Below are positions 24,464 to 39,273 of a DNA stretch of 64,000 bases, piece by piece. Position 1 is the stretch's first letter. Each line of letters opens with the position of its first letter. Source of the DNA: Octopus sinensis (taxonomy: Eukaryota); the NCBI RefSeq assembly GCF_006345805.1, contig NC_042998.1, positions 51,956,001 to 52,020,000 on the forward strand, read 5' to 3'. The translations under genes were made by a program, and so were the position numbers. Below the pieces are notes generated by a model. The model had not been told where the DNA came from, did no database searches, and saw nothing but the letters and a program-made list of their open reading frames with translations.

Positions 24464-25914
24464 CTAGCAGTATCGCCCGGCGTTGCTCAGGTTTGTTTCG
24501 ACCCGCTGGAATTGTAATTTTGAAAAGTAAAAATTTTGTGAACATTTTTCTGGTCGAAATACACCGAAAAGTGGCGACACAGCAGTGAAAAAATCGTAAA
24601 AAATAGGAATTTTCATAGAAAAAAGCATCTTTTTGATGTAAATAATTTTTGGTGTTAACATGGTCCGATTTGAATTTTATGTTCTACGGAAGGAAGAGCA
24701 ACCCTTCTTCTACCATACTCTCAATTTTGGTCAACTTGCGCCGCAGGGTCTCGGAGGAGATAGTGTTAGTTGAAGGTTACCATTCTAGGTGCCTGAGTAA
24801 CAACCTCGCGGATTTACAGATAAATGAATTAATTACTATTTTACAGAATAAAATAAAATAATTCTTGAAAATTAATTAATATTAATATTTTTTGAACAAA
24901 GTAAATAATTTTTAAAACTTAAATAATAATTTTTTTTACACAAACGCGAACGGGAAAAGGGGGTGGCGAATTCGATTTACATACCTAAATTTTTTCTTTT
25001 TCATGACATTGTAGCAAAATAGTAGTGAATTATATAAATACCAGCAGTACATTTTTTTTTCTGGGGTATTTTTTTTCAACCTCGTCACATATTTGCCCCT
25101 TTCAATTTAAACAAAGTCTTAATTAAGCAATTACGGCAGCTTAGCAATGTTTTCAATACAGGCGTGACATCTGTATCTCAATTGTTCAAAACCCTTCAAA
25201 TTTTTTCGCACGTGATGATATCATAGTGAAAACTTTCAATTACGCGCGCTTATTTCTGTCTTTCACTCTGTCTGTCTCTTTACACACACTAACAAAAGCA
25301 CATCACTTACACACCACACTTTCTGTGTCGCACAACCCATCAAACACACACACACACACACACTCACGCACGCACACATGTACATCAATGCTTTCGGAGT
25401 GAAATGTTAAAATATTGAGTTTTCTCGAATTTTGTCTTAATTGGTGGTAAAATTGAAAGAAATTTTTTATGGCATCACCCACTGAAGTACTCTGAAAAAT
25501 CATGGGTACACTCTAATTGAAGAAATTGTGTGAGGAGTAAATCGTTATGTATTTATTTGTTTCTGTTTGCTGTGTTTTTTTATTTTTTGAGTAGTGGTTT
25601 AAATACTTTCAGTTTAGTCTTCCTCAAATCACTCTGTCGCTATTTACTTTCATTTTATTCATTGCACACTGTGTGTGTGCGTGTGCGTGTGGTGTAAACC
25701 ACATTAAGAAAAGCATTTGACACACACACCAGAATGTGAGTTTTCTGTAAATTTTGCTTAATTGGAGTTTAAATTTTAAAAACTGGACCTGGCATGACCC
25801 GATGCATTCTACTCTTAAAAATGCTACGTAAATTGTAATTGAAGAAATCCTATATTGTAGATTTCTATAACTTACAAAGGGAGGCAGATAAAATCCGCCT
25901 TTTATAATAAGAGA
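24464..25914 (-). mobile_element. Non-autonomous Helitron
   Basis: Minus strand: A|TCTCTTATTATAAAAGG...GAGCAACGCCGGGCGATACTGCTAG|T, i.e. TC start, subterminal GC-rich hairpin, CTAG end, A-T target. Confidence 0.82.
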
Positions 25915-26499
25915 TATATCAAGGAGGTGCCCCAGCATGGCCACAGTCTAATGACTGAAACAAGTAAAAAGTAAAAGATAATATATAGACACACATGACA
26001 GGCTTCTACACAGTTTCCAGATTCCAAATGCACACAGAATGCATTGGTTGGCCTGGGGCTATAGTAGAAGACATCTGTCCAAGGTGCTGTGCAGTGGGAC
26101 TGAACCTAAAACCACATGGTTGCAAAGAAAACCTTTTAACCATGTAGACATGGATGGATTTTTAAAAAGAAAGAATAAGACTAGTTAAAGTATCATGGAT
26201 GTGTTTATATAACATGTACTCTAGGTATATTTTATTTCTGACTCCTCTCCCTTTCATCTTTTATGTAAAACCCCCAACAAAAATTGTAGACTGTCCTTGT
26301 AACATTGCCCTCATCTGATGCCCTCATGGCAAAAGAAAGAACTCATTATTATTGTTGCCATTGTTGTTGCTACTCTCATCATCATCCCCACCACCACTTC
26401 CATCAACATCACTGTCACCGCTACCACCATCACCATCATTATCATTACCATCATCTTGATCATGATCATGATGATGGCGATCATCACCGTCCCTATTCT

Positions 26500-26880
26500 G
26501 TGAGCTGGCAGAATCCTTAGTATGCCAGACAAAATGTCATTAGATTCTGACTTCAAATTTTGCCAAGGTCAACTTTGCCTTTCACCCTTTCAGGGTCAAT
26601 AAAATGAGTACCAGTTGAGCACTGGGGTTGATACAGTTGGTTTACCCCCTGCCTGAAATTGGTGACCTTGTGCCAAAATTTGAAATCAATAATAAATCAG
26701 TGAGCTGGCAGAATTGGTAGCATGCTGGGCAAAATGCTTAGCGATATTTCGTCTGTCTTTATGTTCTGAGTTCAAATTCTGTTGGGGTCGACTTTGCCTT
26801 TCATCCCTTTGGGGTCGATAAATTAAGTACCAGTTGAGTACTTGAGTCAATCTAGTTGGGCCTTGTGCCTAGAGTAGAAA
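26500..26880 (+). mobile_element. Two tandem SINE B copies
   Basis: gagctggcagaat heads at about 26502 and 26702. Confidence 0.75.
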
Positions 26881-27045
26881 AGTATTGTTAACATACCAGG
26901 CAAAATGCTTTGTCTTTTATCCTCTCAGGGTTAATGGAATAAGTACCATTTACACACTGGAGTAGATGTATTCAACTAGCACCCTCTCTAAAGGTTTCAG
27001 GCCTTGTGTCTTTTGTAGAAAGGATTATTATTATTATCACTATTA

Positions 27046-27453
27046 CTTCTCTTTATCACAGGCTTTGTTGAAGTTCCTGGGTCTTGCATGCATAGCAGGC
27101 TTGCTACATGCAGCCTACGGTACCATGCTATCCATTCTTTTCAGCAATCTAATACTTTCCTGATAACTCTGGCCATGCCAAGGAGGCAAACCTTTTGTAA
27201 CAGTTATCATTATTATTATTATTTTCTCTTTATCACAGGTTTTGTTAGAGCTCCTGGAGTCCTGCATCCATAGCAGGTTTACTACCTGCTGCCTATGGTA
27301 CCATGCTATTTGCTTTTTTCAGCTATCTAATACTTTCCTGATTATTCTGGCCATACTGAGGAGGTAATCTTTTTGTAACAGTTCTACTGGGCACTCTATT
27401 CCAATTTACTTTATATTCCTCTTGATGCCTTCTGATACTGTTCTCAAGGACAC
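27046..27453 (-). mobile_element. Two stacked 5'-truncated R4/Dong-like 3' ends (27046-27203, 27224-27453)
   Basis: LLQKVCLLGMARVIRKVLDC* and IGIECPVELLQKDYLLSMARIIRKVLDS*, each bounded by (TAA)n. Confidence 0.7.
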
Positions 27454-27506
<53 letters not shown>

Positions 27507-27507
<1 letters not shown>

Positions 27508-28048
27508 GCATGCCATCAAAGTGATGGTGGGATAAAATATACGAAGCCCAGTATACCCATCATGACTCCCCGTCTGATAAGGGTACTGTAGGCACATGCA
27601 TCATAACCATAAGTGCGCGACATGGTGATCTCATATCAAGATAAACAGCGCATGACCTTGCAGGTGGAGCCCAGTTAGAATTTTCTTCTGGTCGAGTAGT
27701 CCATCCTGCTCAAAAGGTCCCTGAATAAGGATTGTTTAAGGATGTTGAACGAACCACTCATGTTTCCAAAGGTGAATTATCCAAACCTCTAAGAATTCCT
27801 TTTCAATACACGGCTATGATGCTCCCCAACTGCTTCAGCTTGTGATCAGAAATGCATATATCACCAGCCACTAAGGGACATGGTCAGCTGGTTAAGGTCA
27901 AACAACTGACAAGCAAATCTGTGGTATTGAGCAGAATATTTGCTGTAGCCCATCTTTTATACCAAAACAAAATAACGTACATGATAACACTTCCAATCAA
28001 TTAAGATCAGCAGCCATGAGAGCCACTGCCTGGTACTGCATCAGGGCA
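27507..28048 (-). mobile_element. Family E second copy
   Basis: Collinear with 13865-14418. Confidence 0.7.
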
Positions 28049-28050
28049 TT

Positions 28051-28106
<56 letters not shown>

Positions 28107-28844
28107 TTATTATTATTATTGTCATCATTGTTGTTGATGTTGTTAATATTATTGCTGAGAAATTTGTTTTGTTTGTGATCTTTGATATTACCTATGTCTC
28201 CAATTCACTAGACTGGAATTTGGTCGATGCTTACTTTTGTCTTTTCTTTTTCTCTTCTTTTTCTGTCTCTATTTATTAATAAGTTAGTCTAGACTTGACT
28301 GTTATTAACGTTGAAGAATTATGTGGAATGTGTTTTTTTTTTCTTTTTTATATGCTCGGGTATTAAGTTTATAGAGATTTACTACGAATGGTTGGAAAGT
28401 GCTATTTAATGTTGATGGAAGGAAGACCTATAAAAAATAAGACCAAAGTAGATGTGGGAAGGGAGAAGGATGAGATTAGATCTCTGGACATTGGGCTACA
28501 CAGACAGGATGATGAAAGGCTAAGATGAACGACAACATTCTTTCGATCTGGTTAGTTTAACCCATACTCATATTGGAAAATGGACATAAAAGCAATTATG
28601 TCGATGATGGTTATGATGATTGTGATGATGACGATGATGGAGATGATACTGATGTAGATGATAATGGGGATGGTACCATTGCTGTTGCCTCTGTTTCCAC
28701 TGCAGCTGCCTTGACTACTGCCACCATTACTGATGACAACAGTAATGATGTTGGTGTGCAAGTATGTAAGAATGAAATGCATCCAATACATGTATAGTAT
28801 TTATATATGTATCTATATATGTTTGCACGTATGTTTTATCCTTT

Positions 28845-29670
<826 letters not shown>

Positions 29671-30206
29671 TAATTTTTTTAAATATATAGTATATAGTAA
29701 AATTGATAAAAAGAGTACAGTGAGGTTGTTATGAAGAGTGGGAAATCTGACGTTTTGGGTAGATTCCTTTTGTCAAGGAAAAGTTGAAAGGAGAGAAATT
29801 AATGAGAGACAGCAGAGTTTTACATCCTCTAAGTTATAAAAAGTAGCTGCAACTGATGAAGAATGAAGGACCACATGAGCTTCATACATGAATAAAGAAT
29901 GGTTGGAGAAACAGTGTGAGAATGCAGAAGGAAAGAGAAATGGAATAAGGGGAGAAACAGGCAAAGTTAAGAGTGAAGTAAAGGGAAAAAATGAGGTGAG
30001 AAGGGAGTTGAAGGATAAGAAAAAACATCTGTGTGTATTGATGTTTATACATATATGTATGTATTATTAAATTTGTGTGTAAACTCCATCTCTCTCTCTC
30101 TCTTTCTGTTTCTCTTTCTCTCGCTCTCTCTTTCTGTTTCTCTTTCTTTCTCTCTCCTCTCACTCTTTCTTTCACTAAATATTTTAGTGTTATGAAAGTA
30201 ACTAAT

Positions 30207-30600
30207 GGTGTGGCTGCGTGATAAGAAGTTTGCTTTCCAGCCACATGGTTCGAAGTTCAGTCCCACTGTGTGGCACCTTGGGCAAGTGTCTTCTACTATA
30301 GCCTTGGGCTGACCAAAGCCTTGTGAGTGGATTCGGTAGATGGAAACTGAAAGAAGCCCATCATATATGTGGGTGTGTGTGTGTGTATGTCTTTGTGTCT
30401 TAGGATGTCCCCCATCACTGCTTGACAACCAGTGTTGTGTTTATGTCCCTGTAACTTAGTGGTTCAGCGAGAGAGAGATCAATAGAATAAGTACCAACCT
30501 TAAAGAAAAAATATACTGGGCTCGATTCATTCAACTTAAATCTCTTCCAGCTGGTGCTCCAGCATGGTCACAGTCTAATGATGGTAACAAAAGATAAAAG
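30207..30600 (+). mobile_element. SINE C
   Basis: Head ggtgtggctgcgtgataag..ggttcgaagttcagtccc, central (TG)n, and a matching tail. Confidence 0.8.
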
Positions 30601-31679
30601 AATGTGAATTAAAACTGTTATCATTTTGTATTCACTGGAGATCTAATTCTTATTCTTAACATCTAAATAGACCAAAATATACAACACATTGTAAGATACA
30701 GATAAGGAAATAAATTCATTCTCAAATGCAGAAATGCTGACACAAGAGCAGGAACAGGATAAAATATTTTGCAGAAAAATTTGTCAGTAGCCAACCATGA
30801 GACGCAAACCAACATCCCTGTGATTATTGGTCAATACTTTACCAAGTAAGCTAAACTGCCCACTGACAAATTAATTTGCAAGTTTTGAACTTATAAAGCT
30901 AGCTATAAAAGACACTGTATGTTAAATACAAATTATGATAAATGTAAACACAATTTGCTTTTAGAAGCATTGAGATGCTTTGTATCTTAAAATACATCTC
31001 AACACTTCTAAAAGCAAACTTTCTTTGTTTACATTTATCATAATTTGAATTTACAACACACTGTGTTAGAACTGCTTGATATACATTTCAACAATCTCTG
31101 ATTTGAATGCAGACAATTTGGTAGCTCAGTCCCTATCTTATCAATTTAGTCATTTCATTTAGATATCTTGAGATACTAGTCATCTTTCTGAGCACATACA
31201 AAACCAACCAAAAACTGTCAGAGAGACTGACACAGATGTAAACACTGCCAGTGCTGCTATTGCACTGGATCAATATTTTCTTTGGACCAATAGATCCTTA
31301 TATTGATTCAATAGAGAACAATTGTGGAATATACACAACTAGAAAACAGTTTACAATCACAATTTTGAAAATAGTTTTTCCAGCTTTTTTAAATTACTGT
31401 TAAGAAAGTAAACCATCTTTGATGAGAATGAGGCCCCCATCCCGACCCCCAATAAAACCCATAACTGTTACCATTGTAAAAGTTATTGAGCATATGAATG
31501 AGAATTCTATAAAAAATGGTATAACATGTAATGATATATCATCAATACCAGCGACGGTTTGGCTGCTGTTACTCTGAAGGAACACCCACAAGATTTGCAG
31601 AGTATGTGGCACTGAAACAACTGTAAATATATATGCAAATATAACAAAGGCATGACTGTGTGGGTAGGGGCAGGCTTGG

Positions 31680-31846
31680 CAGTATGGTATGAAGTTAGCT
31701 TCCCAACCATATGGTTCTGAGTTCAATCCTACTGTGTGTCACTTTTAGCAACTGTCTTCTCCTATAGTCTCAGGCTGACTAAAATATTGTCAGTGGATTT
31801 TGTAGAACTCATTATATGTGTGTGTATGTGTGTGTGCATGCATGTG

Positions 31847-31902
<56 letters not shown>

Positions 31903-32125
31903 TATGTGTAATTTTGTATGTGTTTGTCCCTGCCATTTGACAACTGGTGTTGGTTTGTTTACGACCCTGTAACTTAATCATTCAGCAAAAGAGAATGATA
32001 GGATTAGTAACAGGCTTAATAAATAAGAACCTGGGGTTGATGTGCTTGACTAAGCTTTTCAGGGTGGCACTCCAGCATGGCCACAGTCTAATGACTGAAA
32101 CAAGTAGGAAGTATAAGGTAAAAAA
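31680..32125 (+). mobile_element. SINE C, diverged
   Basis: Same head, (TG)n and tail arrangement. Confidence 0.7.
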
Positions 32126-32421
32126 GATAAATGCACACACACACACATACACACACACGCAGACACACAGACACACACACACACATGCACACAAACACAT
32201 ATACGCATATGCAATATATATGACAGGTTTTCAGTTGCCATCTACCAGATTCACTTGTAAGACTTTGTTTAGTTTGAGGCTACAGTAAAAGATACTTGCT
32301 CAAGGTGTTGCATGGTGTTGGGAAGTGAATTTCTTCAGTACACAGCCATACCTGTGATTATTCCATATTTAACAATTGAATATGGAAAAAACTGTTCTGA
32401 AACTCCAAATCTTTGCATGAA

Positions 32422-32478
<57 letters not shown>

Positions 32479-32480
32479 AC

Positions 32481-32555
<75 letters not shown>

Positions 32556-33572
32556 GCCTATCTTTTCCACACTATAAGTGCTGATGAAAATATATCATAT
32601 GAAGATGTTGTGAACAAAGATAGAATAACCATATAATACTACACCAAACTAAAAGAATACAACCATCAGAAGTTTCCTCTTGCTACAAGATGATATCCCA
32701 CAATGCACTTGCAGTCTGTGCCATTTCAAGACATTGGCATACTGGCCAGTTGCCCAGGTGCCTCACGGGTCTAGGGACCCATATATGTTGTAGTTTGCTG
32801 TCAATAAATAAATACTATAGGACCCAGTGCAATTATTTGCCTGGGGCCTATAATACTGTTAAGATAGCTCTGCTTGCAATACCACTAATCATACCTACAT
32901 TTGGGATTCGTGATTGGAAATCCACTCCTTAGATATTGGTTTCGAATTTTTGCACAAGGCCAGCAAGTTCAGGGGTGGGGTTAAGTCTGTTACATTGATT
33001 CCAGTGTTCAACTGGTTCTTATTTTATTGACTCCAGTTCTCAACTGATATTTATTTTATCGGTCTAGAAAAGATGAAAGGCAAAGTTGACTGTGGTGGAA
33101 TTTGAACTCAGAATGTAAAGATAGACAAAATGTCACAAAACAGTTTGCTTGGCATACAAATGATTCTACCATCTCACTGCTCTTCAGTCCATAGACATTA
33201 AAACTTACAAGATCCTGACATCCATTGCAAATTTCTATAGAAACAGTGATAGTGACAGACACTACCTCAGAAGGAAAGAAGGAGGTAGATGCTAGAGATC
33301 AGAACTAAGAGCCTTTGACTGCTGTATGATAACACTCAAACAACACCTGCTAAACATTGACAGAAAAAAATAAATACAACCAAGTGCTTTAAAATGACGT
33401 GGATAATATCCTGCAGGTTTATAGTGAATGCCTAAAAAAATTTTACACTTCTTGATGACTTCCCAACTAAATCCAGAAGTGCAGGATGAGCATACCACAA
33501 AAAAAAAAAGAAAATCCAACTGGGAAAGAAAACACTGCATAACACAAAATGGTTATGTATGTGTAAGTTTCC

Positions 33573-33830
33573 GTGCAGGTGTGTGGCTTAGTGGTTAGGG
33601 TGTCAGCATCATGATCGTAAGATTGTGGTTTCGATTCCTGGACCGGGCGACGCATTGTGTTCTTGAGCAAAACACTTCATTTCACGTTGCTCCAGTCCAC
33701 TCAGCTGGCAAAAGTGACTAACGTTGTGATGGATTGGTGTCCCGTCCAGCTGGGGAACACATATGCCATAGAAACCGGAAAACTGGGCCCATGAGCCTGG
33801 CTAGGCTTTAAAAAGGACGCTTTTATTTTA
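33573..33830 (+). mobile_element. tRNA-derived SINE family D
   Basis: gtggcttagtggttag (A box), ggtttcgattcc (B box), ttgagcaaaacactt, ttggtgtcccgtccagc. Confidence 0.75.
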
Positions 33831-34116
33831 TTTATGTGTATGTTTTCAGTATCCTTGAGAAAACTGGTAATACTGGTATCAAATTTTGGCACAAGGCCTG
33901 GAGTTTTGAAAGAGGAGGAGATAAGTCAATTGCTTCAATCCCAGTGCTCAACTGGTACTTATTTTGTTGACCTTGAGAGGATGAAAGGCAAAGTTGACCT
34001 CAGTGGAATATGGACTAGGAATGCAAAGATGGACAAAATACCACTAAGCATTTTGCCTGGCATGCTAATGACTTATAGTCGCCTAAAAATTTCACTGGAG
34101 TATGATCTTCCACTGT

Positions 34117-34425
34117 GGAGGCACAATGGCGCAGTGGTTAGAGCAGTGGACTCACGGTCGGAAGATCATGGTTTCAATTCCCAGACCGGGTGTTGTGTGT
34201 ACTTATTGAGCAAAAACATCTAAAGCTCCATGAGGCTTCGGCAGGGTGTGGTGGCGACCCCTGTTGTACTCTTTCGCCCCAACTTTCTCTCACTCTTCCT
34301 TCCTGTTTCTTGAGTAAAGCTGCGATGGACTGGCGTCCCGTCCAGCTGGGGGGAACACATACACCATAGAAACCGGGAAACCAGGCCCATGAGCCTGGGT
34401 AGGCTTGAAAAGGGCGCATAAATAA
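34117..34425 (+). mobile_element. SINE family D-related copy
   Basis: tggcgcagtggttagagc head, gactggcgtcccgtccagc, A-rich tail, and a diverged TSD (atgatcttccactg / atgaccttctactg). Confidence 0.75.
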
Positions 34426-35459
34426 AAAAAAATAGAAATGACCTTCTACTGCAACATGATGTTGTAGCTAAAACAGTATCTAATACCATGCACAGAAAAG
34501 ACTGTGCAGGGATAAATATAAGCAACGCCTCTGCAATTGAATAAATACATACACATCAACATGAGGACTATTGGTGGAGCATACTTGTTAAAATTTCTAC
34601 CGAGTGCAAACAACATTTATATGAAAAGTTCAAACATTACAGCCTGATATAGTTCTTTGTTTATTTGTTTGTTTGTTTGCTTGTATATACAGGAGACCCT
34701 GCTTTATAAATCCACCCACTTATGTATCCAAAATGAATTGGGACGGAATTTTTACACATAAAAATCTTTCATTTGATAGTCCAAACCATTGCTTAATAAA
34801 TCCAGTTGTCACTGCTTCTTCCTAATGTGTCAACAAATGGCAGTGAAAAATGAACTGTTTTTTTTTTTGCTCTTAAATACTGACAGGTAGGCTTCAGCAA
34901 CCACAGCCAGCCCATCTAAAAATGGATCAATAAATATGTAGTAGCTGGCAGTGGCTGCTGGAGCCTACCATACAACACCTGTCATTCAAGCAAAAAGTAG
35001 GCTCTGGGACACCATGTCAAAATTATGCACCCTTCTCATTCATTGGATAATGGAGTGTACCACATGACAGTTTAGTAAGACTTGGCAAAGGCATTTAATT
35101 TAGATATTTAATAAAAAGGTTTACAAAGTCTCTAACAGCTGTTTCTAGAATATTCCAGCTATTGGAACACCATGCCAGGTGAGGATTCCATAGGCTGAGT
35201 ATTATGTCACCAGAGAGAGTGAGAGAGAGAGAGAGAGAGATTAAACATATGTAACAGTGGAAGAATGTTCCTCATCAATGGTATTATTGTGGTTCATTTT
35301 ATCTAGAAAGGGAGGGGAAATCTAATTAAAAATTCAATTAAAACATATTCCTTGAACAAATGAAGAAAATCAGCAATGTCTATTAATAGAATAAAAACAG
35401 AGAATGGTTTGATAGTAATCCATGTCAAGGGAAAAACGGATGTTAGCAGTTCTAATGTT

Positions 35460-35693
35460 TCTTATTTCTTTATTGCCCATAAGGGGTTAAACATAGAGGG
35501 GACAAACAAGGACAGACAAAGAGATTAAGTCGATTCCATCAACCCCAGGGCATAACTGGTACTTAATTTATCGACCCCGAAAGGATGAAAGGCAAAGCTA
35601 ACCTCGGCAGAATTTGAATTCAGAGCGTAACGGCAGACGAAATACTGCTAAGCATTTCGCCCGGTGTGCTAACGTTTCTGCCAGCTCGCTGCC
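35460..35693 (-). mobile_element. SINE B, full length
   Basis: 17-bp TSD TTAGCAGTTCTAATGTT at 35443-35459 and 35694-35710. Confidence 0.92.
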
Positions 35694-36602
35694 TTAGCAG
35701 TTCTAATGTTGAACGAATATCCACCCAATTCTTGCCTGCTTAAACACAATTCAAGACTGGCTATAAACAAAACACCGGTATTATGGAATATTCACTGGTA
35801 TTATGGAAACTTGCCAAACTGTTAAAAAGCAGATAATCTGTGTATGCAATTGAAACAGCACTAAATTAAAATTGCCATCTGTGTATCACACTAAATTCAT
35901 GCATGCATTCTAGCAGTGACATTGATGATGAAATTCTTACAACGGAAGAGAACAGAAGATGTGTGGATTGGAATGTATTCACTCTTTTGTTCTTTAGTTG
36001 TTGCACTCAAATGTTTCTCTAACCTATCCAGAGTCATATCATGATGCACCTAGCTGTGGGGTGTGCAGTGTGCAGTGTGCAGTGTTAACTCAGAACAACA
36101 GCCACAAAATTACATAATGGATGACAGAAAAGTTAATTTCCGGTTATGGTTTATAATTCTTTCTATTTTTTCTCTTTCTCTTTTCCCTCTCTCTCTCTCT
36201 TTTCCCCCTCTCTCTCTGTCTTTCTCTCACTATCTCTCTCTCTCTCACTATATATCTGTGTATGTGTATGTTTCTGTATAAATGTATTTACATACATACA
36301 CACACACACACATGCACACCTTCATTTTGAGATCACTGATACTTTATTATCTCTCCTTCTTTCAACCACTTTTGTCAAATCATTTTTCAAACCAGTCACC
36401 ATGCTTGACTGATAAATCCACAAGTTTATTTATTCTCTCTCTGTTCGTTTTCTCTTATTTATTTCTGTTGAAGAGTACATGCTCAAAACCTAAAAGACTT
36501 TTTCACTTTCATAAACGTTAAACTAATACACCTGTTTGTTGTTCATACTCTTCTCTTCGTCTTTTGTTTTGCTGTAAATTTCAACTTTTTATCGATATCT
36601 AC

Positions 36603-36694
<92 letters not shown>

Positions 36695-36700
36695 ATATAT

Positions 36701-36791
36701 TCCTTCCCTTCTTTCCTGAGCGTCAAATAATACTTTAATTGTTCCACGTCCTCGCGTTGCTGTGTTTTTTTCTGTGTTTTCTTGTTTGGAT

Positions 36792-36796
<5 letters not shown>
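36701..36796 (+). repeat. Tail-only copy of the hammerhead-bearing repeat at 48294-48500
   Basis: tccttcccttctttcctgagcgtcaaataatac...ggattaact is the reverse complement of 48294-48392. Confidence 0.85.
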
Positions 36797-36857
<61 letters not shown>

Positions 36858-36875
36858 TGTATATATGTATATATA

Positions 36876-36935
<60 letters not shown>

Positions 36936-38881
36936 ATATATAGATACACATGTGTGTGTGTGTAGTGAAAATAAAGAATATGTATACCCAGTGTTTAAGG
37001 TTAGGGTTAGGGTTTTTATTACACCGAAAATGGATTATATATGTATTCTTTACCTCCGCCTATATATATATATATACATGCACACACACACACACACACA
37101 CCACACACACACATGCATACATGGGTACACGATGCCACCGACAGCAAACGACATGAAACATGAAAACAAATGAGTCCAACATGCAAACAACAAGAGAAAC
37201 AAATGGAAAACAGGAGAAGTAACATAAAGAACGACTCCTCATCAGTTGCCGGCCGTCTATCTACTCTTCATTTCGAGCATTGAATGACAATATGAGTTTT
37301 TGAAGACAGTTGCTTCCATAAGTACCAAAATAAAATTTAGGATTTATGGAGGTTTCAAAGTTGGGAACAAAAACAGATTCTAACTTGAATTTCAGCCCCT
37401 CAAAAGTAGTATCCCTGTAATAGTCGACCTCATAAATTTGACCCTAAAAGATGGCCAAAAAAATTCAACTTTTATATGAGTAATTATGGTATATAACCAC
37501 AAGATATAATTCACATATTTGCTTTCTTGTGATTTACCTTGCATTTACTTTGTCTTGTTTTGGTCTTACCCACGATCCTTTATACAATATATTCTACACA
37601 ATGCTTCATAATAATTATTCCATTATATATATATTTACCTACGTAACAGATTTTTTGATGTTATAGCAAACATTTTCTGTGTTTGCCCTTTGTGTGATCC
37701 TCAGAGACCAATAGTATTCTAAATCACTAGGATGCAGCATAACTACTTCAGATGTAATGCACAGTGATGAATAAAGCACCATGCTATTGAAACATGTGTA
37801 GCACAGAATGGATTGCTAGCATCCATTCTTATCCTTTTGCTGTATGTATTTACTGCATTCTATAAGTGACTAATGTTACTATTAAGATTGGAAATGTAGA
37901 GAACTTGTTATCTTTAAACAATAATTATTCCTTATTTTACAATGGAATGATGGAATATTGTTAATTGATTAATTAACTAAATTTATTAATGTTCCCTCTG
38001 AGTAAACTGCCAGTCAATTACATGCTGGAAGCTACCAGTCTAATAACCACAGTCAACATATTTGAAACCAACTGAACCATACATGTGTGTGTGTGTTTGG
38101 ATATGTGTAATATAATATGCAATATTTTGGATGAATGGGTATATGTCAATTAGTCTGTTGATGTGTTGAGTAAAGCATTGCCACGGTTTAGGCTACCTGG
38201 TGTCATCCACAGTTGAGGTATATTTCCATTGGATCTGCTTCAGGAATTCTGCTGTGTTAGTTGAGATAATTGATTGAGTAAACAGAACATGGATTTGGTA
38301 ATAGTCTTTATAACAAATCCATTTTATATTTACTTAATCAATTATTATATAATATAATATACGTGTGTGAGCTGGAAAGAGTGGGAGGGAGCAAGTTAAA
38401 AACATCGATAGTTATATAAGATAAAATTTGTGCATGTATACATCTCCTAATATAATAATGAGTGTAGTGTTTTTATATATTTGTATATATATATATGAGA
38501 GAAAGAAGAGGTGATAGATGAATAAGGAAGGAAGGGGTGAAAAAACATCTGTGTTTCAACTCTGTGTGAGTTTATGTGTGTGTATGTGTGTGCATGTACA
38601 AGGGAAGTATGTGAATATGTGTGATTATTATGTACCTTATTTTGTATCTTATTTATATATAAAATACTACAATTAGCCATCATTATTGAAGGCATGGCAC
38701 GTAGTCAGCTAATGTTTACATAAAAGCCTTTAAAGGGAAACATATCAATATATATACGTACATGCATGCACATACATACATTTAAGATACACATGCATGC
38801 ATACACACATGTGTATATAAACACCTGCATGTACATATTATGTGTGTATATGTAGGCATGTCATCAAGTTTTATTGTTCAA

Positions 38882-39273
38882 TTTTTACTCTTTTACTCTT
38901 TTATTTGTTTCAGTCATTTGACTGCGGCCATGCTGGAGCACGGCCTTTAGTTGAACAAATTGACCCCAGGACTAATTCTTTATAAGCCTAGTACTTATTG
39001 TATCAGTATCTTTTGCTGAACCGCTAAGGTATGGGGATGTAAACACACCAGCATTGGTTGTCAAGCAATGATGGGGGGACAAACACAGACATACAAACAT
39101 ATATATATATATGATGGGCTTCTTTCAGTTTCCATCTACCAAATCCACTCACAAGGCTTTGGTCGGCCCAGGGCTGCAGTAGAAGACACTTGCTCAAAGC
39201 GCCATACAATGGGACTGAACCTGGAACCATATGGTTGGCAAGCAAGCTACTTACCACACAGCCATTCCTGCAC
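38882..39273 (-). mobile_element. SINE C, full length
   Basis: Matches 61216-61618 in reverse. Confidence 0.85.

Larger units (their letters stand above)
33200..34615 (+). pseudogene. Fragmented REL LINE interrupted by three SINEs
   Basis: YDLPL|..HDVVAKTV..IHTHQHEDYWWSI..CK resembles the element at 62385-63638. Upstream part is weak. Confidence 0.45.

Noticed and set aside
27990-28048. 5S rRNA-derived or HDV-ribozyme head for family E
   Set aside because: Only a short, loose similarity (ctgatcttaa.tgattggaag) with no 5S box A/C, and I could not build the HDV double pseudoknot.
34117-34200. tRNA genes at SINE heads (families B, C, D)
   Set aside because: A/B boxes are present but there is no full cloverleaf, and each runs into a SINE body.
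37001-37012. (TTAGGG)2 interstitial telomeric repeat
   Set aside because: Only two units, which is expected by chance.
37759-37828. GTGATGA..GAAACATGT motif followed by palindrome GAATGGATTGCTAGCATCCATTC
   Set aside because: C3 is G, position 17 would be G, and helix I does not close. Insufficient evidence for a ribozyme.
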